64,000 bases of DNA from Atractiella rhizophila (Eukaryota), in contig MU271313.1 of assembly GCA_021432655.1 (NCBI GenBank), positions 1-64,000 on the forward strand, written 5' to 3'. Position numbers and translations under genes: made by a program. Below are positions 11,683-22,729 of this stretch, one piece after another (positions within the stretch are counted from its first letter, which is position 1; the number at the start of each line of letters is the position of its first letter). The notes under the pieces are model-generated. The model saw only the letters and a list, made by a program, of their open reading frames with translations. It was not told the origin of the DNA and did no database searches.

Positions 11683-14600
11683 CTACCGCCTAGAGGGATC
11701 ATTGGCCACGAAGAGGGTTCCACCGCCAGGAGGTAGTGATCCTGCTTCCGAATCGTAGAAGCTATCTTGACTTCCCCTCCTGAAAGGATTCTGACGAGGA
11801 TCTAAAGGTGTTTTAGGGTATGAAGTCGACTGAGTAGGCGGTCGGAAGCCGGGAATATCGAATCGTCCATAAGGATCGATTGGTGAGGCATCCTGAGATG
11901 TTCCGTAGTCTGTCTCCCATGGATCAAACCTTCGCTGTGTTGGGGGTTGGAGCCGAGGTAACGAGAGACGATCTGCGCTCGTGCGCGTCTCGGTGGAAAG
12001 CCGTGCTGGGCTTTCGTCTGTGTTCACATCATCCACAAGGCTATCCATTGATGGCGAACGGAAGACGCTGATGAGACCTGAGAGAATTCCTCGGTTTTCG
12101 TCTTGTGGTTCAACCAATCGCGGAGCAGAAATGGCAGAGCCGTGACCATCACTTGACGCTGGTAGTGGAACATCGGGTGGTCCTCTGGCATCATCATCGA
12201 AAGGATCATCCTCTACAGTCATGGTGGGAGGTGGCCGCGGGTCTCGAATAGCCTCAGGCATTTTTCTAGAGGCGCCGGAGTCTCTCCTAAACGGATTACG
12301 GATGGGAGGAAGGAAAGAGGCGAAGCCAAGCCTTTGCGCCTCTTCAGGAGACATAGGTGGTTCAGGTCCCATTGAGTTTTGGCGGAAATTGGACCCATAG
12401 AGAGAGGCGGTGCTGGGAGAAAGGATGGGGGAGGCTGGAGGGACGTTTCGGTTTCCTGGCATAGATTTGCTCGTAGGATGATGACGGAGCGTAGAAGAAC
12501 CTGCCAAAGGTTGAGTTGGAGTGCTAGGAGATTGAGGCACTGGAGAAGTTGGCCCAGGCTCGAACGGATCACTGTATGTTGTAACCGCATAATTACCCCT
12601 TGGAATCTGGGGGGCACCTCTGACCTCGAGTTGAGGACGAGGCATCCGAATGATTGGCGTTCCGGGGAATGGCAACGGTTCACCTTCAGATGTTCGGTCC
12701 CAACTGTCGATCGAAGCTGCGTCTGGATCGCTCCTGGACCGGGTACGCCCACTCTCATGACCATGCGAGTCACGAACCGTTTCATTCGAACTCCTTCCTT
12801 CCTCCTCCTCCTCGTCCATCCGCCTTTCCGGACCCCTCGAAGTAGAACCGTAATTTAGGAGCTGTTGAGTGCTCCCATTCGCTCCATAAGTCGCGGCCGC
12901 AATACCTCTTCTCTCGGTTTGTCTCCTCATCATATCTTCTTCGTCATCATCGTCGTCGTCGTCACGATCTCTCGGCGTCATTTCTCCATCCATCATATCC
13001 TGCCTCCTCTCTCTACTTCTCCTCGTCCTCTCGCCTTCTCGACTTCGACCTCCACCAAACATTCCGCTCATCACCCTCATCACACCCCCTCCAGCTCCAG
13101 CTCCAGCTCCACCAGCTCCTCCGCCAGCTCCGCCATCACGACCGGTCATATCGCGCATGGTCCTCACGGTGCCCCTTCTAGCGGCCCCTGATCCAATCGC
13201 AGTGGCAGCCCCACCAAGCAATGCGCTACCCTCGCTCTTCCCCGATCCACCTCCATCTCCTCCTTTCTCCATAGAGTTAGCAGTGACAGCATTAGCCTTT
13301 CGTCGTCGCCGACGGTATCGGAGGAAGAAGAAAGTCGCCACACCAAGGACAATTGCGATACCAACAAATGTGACGGACAGCGCGACGACCAGCTTCGTGT
13401 CTTGTGTGCCGCCAGCTGATGTCGCCCCTTGTTGTCCAGCCGCGGTAGATTGGCTGTCCATCAAAACTGGCGTGGTTCCAGTCGAAGTAGAGAGTGTCGA
13501 GGATGCGGGCGACACGGACGACGGAGGGGCTTGAGGTGGGGATGGCGTAGTGGCAGGCTGCTGCTGAGGCGGAGGGGATGAAGTGGTAGTGGGACGGGGC
13601 GGGAGTGTTGAAGAGGAGGAAGTGACAGTCAGTGAAGAGGAAGGTGAGGAAGAGCTTGAGCTCGAGATCCGTGACAGGGAGCTTGTAGATGAGCTCAGGG
13701 GAATAACGGTGCCCAAAAATGACGATGTGGATGTGACATTTAATCCTCCATTGGTCATAAAGCCACTGGTAGGAAGAAACGTTCTCGTAAGGCTCGAAAA
13801 CGAAGTCAGCACCCTCGAAGTGGTTGTGCCATTGAACATGCCGGAATTCATAACGAATCCTGTCGTGGAAGTGATCAACGTTGTAGGAGTAGCAGTGGTA
13901 TTTCCGATCCCATTCGTCATGAACCCACTCGTGGGAGTAAACGTTCTGGTGAAATTAAAACTGGTGGGAACTGGTAAGGGGGCACGCGATGAAGTGCCAT
14001 TAAACGCTCCAGTGTTGGTGAAGAAGCTGGGTTTAGCAGACGTCGAGTTACCACCGAGAGCTGGGAGAGGGGTACTCGTTGGTAAGGTGGTGAGGGAGGT
14101 AGAGTTTCCCCCAATCACGACGAATGGAGTGGTGGTGGGCAATGCACTCGACGTAGAATTACCTCCTACAACAACCGGTAGACGTGTACTAGATGGAGGA
14201 GCAACGACCACTGCAGGAACCGAGGAGATAGATGGGATCGCGCTACTGGGAACTCCAGAAATGAGGTAAGTGCTGAGCGTCACTCCAGTCTGGATCAGGC
14301 CTGTTACGCTCGTGGTTACCGTCGGACTTGGACTCCAGCTCGATTTTGTTGCGCTCAAGGATGGCATGACCCATGGCGTAACAATGGAATTGGAGCGAGA
14401 ACTCGGACTCGGGAGCTGACTGACTGTTACGAAGCTTGGCATCACAGGAGGAGTGGAGGATAGAGAGGTAGGAGGAACGTAGGGGGAGAAGCTAGGATTG
14501 TAGTTCGGCAAACTCGTGCTGGTCGGTCTTGAATTCTGAGCCAAGCTCGAGCTCGGAGTTGGGACGGGCAATACCACGGGCGGGGTGGAGGAGGACGTGG

Positions 14601-15546
14601 GTCTAACGTAGGAGGAAAAGCTTGGATTGTAATTCGGCAAGCTTGTACTGGTCGGCCGCGGACTCTGCACCACGCTCACACTCGCACGAGTCGACTGAGA
14701 CATGCTCACCGGAGGAGGAAGAGGGGAACGTGAAGATGGCAGGGGAAACGTGGGGTTGTAGTTTGGCAGACTCGTCGTTCCTTGCACCGGAGGGGGAGAG
14801 CGACTCGAAGTTGTTGCTGGACGGGAAGGGCTGGACACCGTAGCAACCGAAGGCGAGCTTGGACTCGATGTCGGGCCAACAACAATGGTCATACCCGGTG
14901 TGAAGGGAAACGGGTCGTATTGAGTAAAAGAGATGCTCGTTGCTGAACCGACACGAATGGTAGCACCCGGCGTGAATGGGAACGGGTCGTACTGAGTGAA
15001 AGAGATGCTCGATTGAATGGCAGGCTGCGCTACCTTGCCTGGTGAACTCGAAGCACTTGGAATTGCGATTGGCGTTCTGGACGAAGTTGTCCGTGGGGTT
15101 AGGGAGGAAGATTGAGACGTTGGAGTTGGAGCAGCGATAGGAGTGAAGGGGTAAGGGTCGTATTGTGTAAAGGTGTACGTCTTCCCATCCGCTCCAACAA
15201 CTCGGTTGTTCTGTTCGACCGGAGGGATACCTGAGATCCAGGCGAAAGGGTTGTATTGCGTGAACTGTTGCAACTGTCGCTTCTCTTCCCGATCTTTTCC
15301 CCCTCCATTAGCTCCAAGGTTCTCATAGCACCGAAGAAAGAAGACGCACAAGCTTCGTCCGCCGCCCTCTGCTTCATCTCCTCATGTTCCCCGTCGACCT
15401 CTTGAGCTTGCCGTACACTTTAACACCAGACACCAGTCATCCCAAATTGTTCAGAGGGCAAGAGATACATACCCAGCATCGGCCCTCACAATCTCAAACA
15501 CAACCCACGACAGCAAAAAGTAATTCCAGATCCCAAAACTCAACAT
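11683..15546 (-). CDS. Mucin-like type I membrane protein (signal peptide, Ser/Thr/Pro-rich ectodomain, single TM, long cytoplasmic tail)
   Basis: Exon 1 MLSFGIWNYFLLSWVVFEIVRADAG (ATG 15546) plus two short introns into the 1222-aa ORF; TM LVVALSVTFVGIAIVLGVATFFFL followed by RYRRRRRK. Confidence 0.85.
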
Positions 15547-16600
15547 TGTTCATTCCAAATTATTCGATCGTAAAGCAGCAAAAATGTCCGTTTTCGGGGG
15601 AGTCGGATTGTGAGGAATAGGGTAAGATAGCGGGAGGGAGTAGGGGAAGGGAGGTGGAATTCAAGGTATGTTGGATGTTTTGTAGACACCGCTGTTGCAC
15701 TGCTTGAAGGCTCGCGTGGGCACAGCCCGTGTGGAATGCGGAATGCGAAACTTCTCAAAGACGACGAGACTCCAGTGGCGCTCCGAGAACCAATGGAAAA
15801 CTGTATAACCAGGTATAGCAATGCTTCGGAAATGATAGTAGTTGGATACGCCACGCAATGGTGAGATGTTCGCTCGGGATGCTGGGAGAATTCGGCGTGC
15901 AAAGAACGTCAGACTGGGCAGTGGTCATCAGCGCCAAACAGGTCAGTCACTGAGTATCAAAGAGATGGGATAATTTGGGCCGTCCTGGAGAACCCAGTGC
16001 TTCTATGTACTTACTTTGCTGGCCAATGAGCCATTCTTATTTCGCGATTTCAAGACCTTGACCTTTTCTAAGTACGTAATGCTTCCGTTTGGCAGTAAGC
16101 AAAGGGTTGATTGCGCACAGCAATGGCGTGAGGGTGAAGAAAGTATTGATGGTTATCTTCGAACACCGTTGTCCATATGTTGACGTCTATTCCCTCATTA
16201 TTTTGAGTGTTCGCGGGAGGATCTAGTTGCAAAGCTAGTGTCTGTCTGCATCATGTTGGTGATCTCGAAGCAGCAGCTTTTATAATACCCACAGCCACAG
16301 TATCTTCCCATGTCCTGTCCAGCTTCTCAGCTGTGTGATGTCTTCCAACGATTTCCAACGGTACCGAACAGTACCAACTCTTACCTGCTTCGCTCCATGC
16401 AAAAAATAGTTGATGCCTGTGACTGCTTTTTTCGAAGTGCGATCAGGAATAAATACCAAATGATGCAATATTTTCGAAGCAGGTTAGATAATACATGATC
16501 GCAACTTGAAGGAGCTTGCTGGAAAGAGCACAGTTGCAAACTACTCTTCGTTGCGAAGTTTCAAGCCGTGTACTACGATGTCCGACGTAGCCCGGGCAGC

Positions 16601-16661
16601 TGCATATTGTTGAGGTTTTGTATGTTGCATTTTTGTTGAGGCTTTGCCTGTTGCATTTTTG
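16601..16661. repeat. Imperfect ~25-26 bp tandem repeat, 2.5 copies
   Basis: TGCATATTGTTGAGGTTTTGTATGT / TGCATTTTTGTTGAGGCTTTGCCTGT / TGCATTTTTG in a divergent intergenic region. Confidence 0.6.
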
Positions 16662-16992
16662 ATGGGAGCTAACTGTCGTTTTGCTCCATTCTCCGTTGTT
16701 TCAACACATTAAACACTGTCAATTTACTTGGATCCAATGTCCACTGGTCCACGATCAAAGTGAAAATCCACTAATCAGGTGTGCAATCATTTCGCTTAGC
16801 TCTTCCAAATGCTCAGCTAAACAGATCGGGATGATCTTCAACAGTTCTATGTGGCTTTCATAGTCACGTTATTGAATACAGGAAAGAACACATATTCGGG
16901 TCTACATGGTATCCGTGCTGTGCTGTGACAGGCAGACGAACGCGACTACAAGAGACCATACACTTTCATTCTGAGCTTGACTGAGTTATGAA

Positions 16993-19306
16993 ATGTCCTC
17001 AAAAGACTTTGAGCAAGCGTGCGAAAGATGCGCTAGACGTCGAAGAACATGCACGCGAAGTCCTGGAGTGATAGGATGCGACGCGTGCAGGAAAGAAGGT
17101 GTCAAGTGGGTCTGCTCTTTACCACTTATCTGGAATTAAATCTGCTTCAACCTCAGGTGCTCAACCGTCTTCAAAGGCATGGGACCGAAAACTTCAACTT
17201 GGAGTCGGGAGGGGTACTCTTTCCCTCTTGATTGGAGGAATAATGCTGAATCAGGCAAAATTTGGCAGAGTCGATCTCGTTTATCTGAAAGAGGAGGCGT
17301 ACTCGAGTTCCGCCGACCTTTTGCGAGATCTTCGCTCGCAAACTAAAGCGCCGAAATCCGCTCAAAAATCTTCCAAGAAGAAGAATGCGCCAAAGTCATC
17401 AGAAACCGTAAAGAAGGCGATAGTCCGGAGGAGAAACGATGGCCCAGACATTGGTGCCCTGCTTTCTAGCGTTCTGGCTGCTAGTCCTTCGTCCATCGAT
17501 CACCACTTAGGTATGATGATGCGGATGCGAGGTCTAGGAGATCACCTACTCGGGTCCTTCAAGTCCTCAAGCTGGGGTCCTTCGTTTGCGAGAATCCTCG
17601 ACCCGTGGCCAGACAATTGGACAGCGTACGAAGAGCTACGCTCACGCTCGAACATTGGATCGTTGATCGAAATCATTACGTTTTTCTCGCTTGCCATGGC
17701 CGCATCTTCTTCTCCACATTCCGAACTGCTAGGTGCATCTGCCCTTCCAGCCATACCGATCACGACTGCAAAAAAAGAGGCTATCCTCGATTATAGGGTA
17801 CTAATTTCGTGTACGTATGCCACTAATTCTCTAACTGTTGTGTCTAGGAGCAAGGGAAGCGCAGGCACCAGCCTTACATCTTGCTAGTTGAGCGTTGTTT
17901 TAACCTCCTCCTCGCACCTTCCTCTCCGGCTCGCATCCCAACAGAGGCGAACCTCGCCCTTCTCTTCAACATTATCGTCTCTTTCAAAGTCCGAAACTTG
18001 TATCATGCCCGCAATGAGACGCTTCATCTGGCTTTGCAAATTTTGGAACAGGTGTGGGAAAGTAAAAAAGGGAATCCAGCAGAGGAAGAAAAGCTGAGAG
18101 ATTACATCGGTTATTTTGCTGTCGAGGATCAGTACATGCGCTTGACCTGTGGTGGGTTTCCACTGATGTGAGCCCTCGAACATCCCTATCAAAGCCACAA
18201 TGCTGAGAATGAAGGTAGGACCGATCGATTGTACGATAAATATTTTCGAAACAACGAAGCAAGGTATGATTGGCGTTTCTACGTTGATCCGTTTCCCTTC
18301 TTCATCCAGCCGGCTGTCTGCCAGCCAACGGACACAGACAACTTCTGGCTGTTAATGTGCGTGGTACTCGAAGGAGTGCTTAGAACAATGGCAGTAGCTC
18401 GTATGTACTTCCATCTCACATCACTCAACTCAATTTTCCTCTCAGGAGCATCACTGTCCGGATTAGACGGCCAATCAACAACTGTATTGAACCTACGACT
18501 TGTGCAACTGTTTGACAGCCTTCGACAATGGCGACGCCTTCACTTTTATGCACATTTTGAGTTCGTTGACGCGCGTAATTATTCCCTCTGTCGGATTTCA
18601 CTGGACAACTCCCCCGAGCCAGCCGACATGACGTATATGTATACCTCGTATGCAGCTCAATACGGCTTTCTTCTCTATCAGACCATTATCGAATCCGCTA
18701 CACGATTCCCCACCAACACGATACTCCAAGGGCTCCTAGCCGCATCCACATCGCTTGTCAACGAGCAAATAAGAGAGATCATCAGCTTTGTCTCCTTCAG
18801 TTTACTAGCCAAGCGGCTCGGAATGTCCAGCATGTGGGAGTATCCGTTCTGGCCATCACAAGTTTTGCAACAAGTGAATACCTCTGCGCTTTAGAAGCAC
18901 GAGCTAACAAATTGAGACAGCTCAATCTATTACCGGATGAGTTTAGCGCACTTGTCATATTTCTTCAGCAGAATCCAACTTTCTATGCACCGATGCTGGC
19001 GTAAGTCAGCGTTCAGCTTTCTTTGCTTTTCTCACCAGGAGGTCTAGAATTTTATCGGAGATGAAGTTTATGTCGTGGAAAGGAAGAGCAATGGCAGACC
19101 TCACTGACGTAGTCGAAGCAGCTCTACAGGAGGTCCAGCCATCACAAGCGAGCCTTCCTATCTTATCATTTGATGCCTATTGAAACGGGGCATAGGAAAC
19201 GAGTCAGAACTCGTCTCCCTCTCAACAAAGCGATGTGCCATCTTCTCCCGAACCCGAGGAAGCATTATCACCATGGATCACTGAATTTATAGGAGGTCTG
19301 ATGTAG
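16993..19306 (+). CDS. Zn(II)2Cys6 transcription factor, multi-exon
   Basis: MSSKDFEQACERCARRRRTCTRSPGVIGCDACRKEGVK|C, with the sixth Cys reached after a GTGGGT..CAG intron; downstream helical exons; 3' end approximate. Confidence 0.8.
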
Positions 19307-19420
19307 GGTGAACGTAAATCCATCTTATTCTTCGAGTGTTATTGCGGACATAAATAATGTAGGAGAACAGATTCAGGATAATGTATTTTGGCATCTCAAT
19401 GCTCATGACAAATAATGGTA

Positions 19421-22244
19421 TTATTTAGCTGGCTTTAACTCCTCCTCAGCTTCTTCTTCTTCCTCATCCTCCTCGTCCTCATCCTCTTCATCGTCGTCGT
19501 CATTATCATCCCCTTCTTCTTCCTCTTCTTCTTCCTCTTCTTCTTCCTCTTCCTCCTCACTCTCTTCACTCTCGTCGCCTAAAAAGTCTTTTATGTTCTT
19601 AAACTCCCTTACTGGCGCCGGCGAAACACTATAATCTGTTGGGGTAAGAATAACGGGTGACGCTGCCAGCGATTTGTTCTTCTTCTGAAATGAATCTGAA
19701 CCAAACCCGGTGGGGGTGATCGTCCTCGAAGACGAGGGTACGGGGGATGGAGATGGCGGAGGTTCCTGTTCGCAGTTGAGCATGCTCCTTTAACGAACAG
19801 TTATTAACTCACAGCTTCTGCGCGTAGTGTTGCATCCGACGGCGCAGTCCTCCATGGGGGAAGGGGGCTGCATGGGTGCAGAAGTTTGCCAGTCAGGATG
19901 TAAAAAGTGTCCATGCTTTCTCGGATCTTATCTCCTGCACCAAAGGGACCTCAGAGATTTCACAGACAATTGACGAAACCACGAACCTTCGTCCTTTTCT
20001 AGACGGGCAACTTGCGCAGCTGCAAACAACACCTCTTTCACGTCCTGAGCGCGGATCGCTTGATTGACATTTATTTCTATCTCCTCTTTCTCAATGCTCT
20101 CCCCTCTCGCAAAAGCTTGCATATCTAATTCCGTCGGTTCTTCAACGCTTGCTATCTGTTTCTGGCTCAAGGTCATCCCTGCGCTGTCAAGGAGACCTTT
20201 GAGAAATCTAGCGCGATCCCGCACCTCGTATACAAGATCGTACCGTGCAAGGGACGTGACATAATGAAAGAGGAGCGAGAGAGGACGGGTGTGTTTTGGG
20301 AGGGAAGAGAGGTGCGACAATACGAGAAGGCGAGCGACAAGGGTGATGATCTGGAGTTTCGCAGGAGCGGTCTTTAGGGTCACGTCAGATACATCATTTC
20401 ACAAAGGAGATGGGAACATACCTCTTGCACAAATTTGCGAACGCTCAAACGCGCCACATCGACTGCGATCTTATCTAGCACTTCAGGGTCTTGGGCATGC
20501 GTACCGACCAACCAAAGTACGTTTGCTCTTGCCGTTGGAACATTGATTTTCTCGCTCAAGAGCAAAGAGGCAAGTCTTTTGATAAGATCAGAGTTGTTTG
20601 ACTGTGCCGAAGAGGCCAGTAGGCGTTGGATTACGAGTACCGACTGAGAAACTGTGCTTTCATTCTTCGAGGAGCACAGCCGAACTAAGGTCTTGAGACT
20701 GCTTGAAAGAACGGAAGGAATCTTGATGGCAATAGTGCCAAAGGCTTGAATGGCGAGGTTAGTGAGGATGGGATCTGCTAAGTATTCCTAGCAATACCAT
20801 TGAGCATTACGCAGAGTTAGTAGACGGTTCTGCTCACATTGAGTTCTGTCATGATATTTTGGACATTTGATTCGGTTGTCAGAGATAACAGGATCTCCAA
20901 CTTGAGAGCCTTTTCTCTCGCATTATCGCTTCCACGAATGTAGTATTCCGAGATATAAGGAATAAGAATCTCCTGCGCACGATCCACGAGACTTCGGCAT
21001 CTCCTTTCTTGACAGTGGGGAAGAGATACGCACAGGTCGCTGTTTCGCAAATACCGTAGTGTCAGTCAGGAGGAGGACTTGGATCTCGTTGCTGCCATGC
21101 AGGAGACGTAAAAGGGTTCTTGAAACGACATCCAACTTGTTCGACGGCGCAAGGAGATAAAAAGTCTTGGCTGCACAAAGTGCGACCTTGAGCGAGGTTA
21201 GATAAGGACATCGAGCTCTGCATCACTTACAGCATCATTGATAGACAGGAGGAGAGCTTCCACAGCCTTTAGGAACAAATCTAAGTCACCTTCCTTCTCT
21301 TGTATGATATCGGGATCTCTAAACTCTCCCCTGGAATAGGCTGCCAGAACCCTTAGAATCACCGTCTGTCCCCAGGGTTCTGCATCCAGAATCGAACGAC
21401 AATAGCGTTTGTAGTGAGGATGTAAAAGCTCCGGCTTTCCATTTGGGTAAAGTGTCTCGTAAGCTCGCAAAGCGGCTGGTATCGCCAATGGAGAGGGAGA
21501 CGCGAGCAAGGGTGGAAGTACTTCCCTCAACGTTTGCACAAGTGACGGTGTCGATCTATCCCTACTTCGTGACCTCGACTGAAGGATGAAAAAGAAACGG
21601 ACGAGTAAACATTAACGACAGAAAGAGCTGCTTCTCTGCGAACGTACCAGCTTGCATCTTTTGCGGCTCGTGAAAGGATAACTCCTAGAAGTCCATCAAG
21701 TCCTTCCACCCCTTCATCCCCGACCATGCTGCAGAGGACTCGAACTGCTGTCGCCCTTCTGACGGGATCTGCGTCGCCTAGATCTTTTTGAAAGCTGTTC
21801 ACACAAAGAAGAGCTAGATCCGGGGCGAGACGAGCATGTCTGATGATGTACAAGGAGGACAGGCGGTGGAGCGATCGGGAAATTGTAGAAGTTGACAGCG
21901 AGTTTTGAGGCGACAGAGATCTGAGAATGTTTGGGAAAAACGGTAGAGAAGCGTTAGGTCCTCTGAGCGACATTAGCTGTCATTCCAAGGAGTATCAGCC
22001 AACTGAACGAGAAAATATGCCAGGATAGACCTACTGCAAGGACACGTTTGACGCCTTCCAATTTCTCCTTCTCGCTCTTGCCATCAAGCAACCGCCGAGT
22101 CTCCTTCATCCCTAGCTCTCCCATATCCCAATAGCGAACAGTAGACGAGGCAGTAAGCGAATCAAGCAGACCCAGCTCCCCAATCTCCTCTGACATCCTT
22201 TGGGACAAGCGAGACGCTGCAACGGAGAGACTGGATAGATTCAT
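19421..22244 (-). CDS. APL6: AP-3 adaptor complex beta subunit
   Basis: PDLALLCVNSFQKDLGD..PVRRATAVRVL, LLHPHYKRYC..EPWGQ, KALKLEIL, ARANVLWLVG, LARYDLVYEVRDRARF; poly-E/D tail. Confidence 0.88.
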
Positions 22245-22729
22245 GGTACCCTCAGAGATACACGATTCGATAATAGCACGATTTCGAGATGCGTGGTTTC
22301 GATCGACACAAAAGGTCGTTACAATAAGGTTGATGAATCCAACCCTTCTAGTGTTGATTTTCCGAACTCTTTCTTTTTCCAATTGCTGTATCAAAATTTC
22401 CAAGACGATTCAAGGTGTTAAACCGAACCCCTCGGAGTTGATGCTCACAGGCGCGTAAGCTGTGATGCTGGGTGTGTTTTATTTCACGAAGTTTTGTGTT
22501 TTGTGTTTTGTGCTTTTGCTTGTTTGTGGCCTGTGCAATAGCTAAACATTGCAAGAGACCCCTGTCATTGGCAGGCAAGTAAGAGCAGATACCGGCAGAT
22601 GAGCCCATACCTCATCGAGTACACTATATGGCGAACTCCGGTAGAGCGAACAAAACATCGAATCTACAACACAATCTGTAGGGAAAGGCTCTAAATGGAC
22701 GATGAAGTAAAATGAGTCCTTTATAATGA

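Noticed and set aside
13157..14269. Long plus-strand ORFs opposite the mucin gene
   Set aside because: They are antisense shadows of the low-complexity Ser/Thr/Pro codons
19440..19575. TCT/TCC-rich simple repeat
   Set aside because: It is explained by the poly-Glu/Asp tail of AP-3 beta
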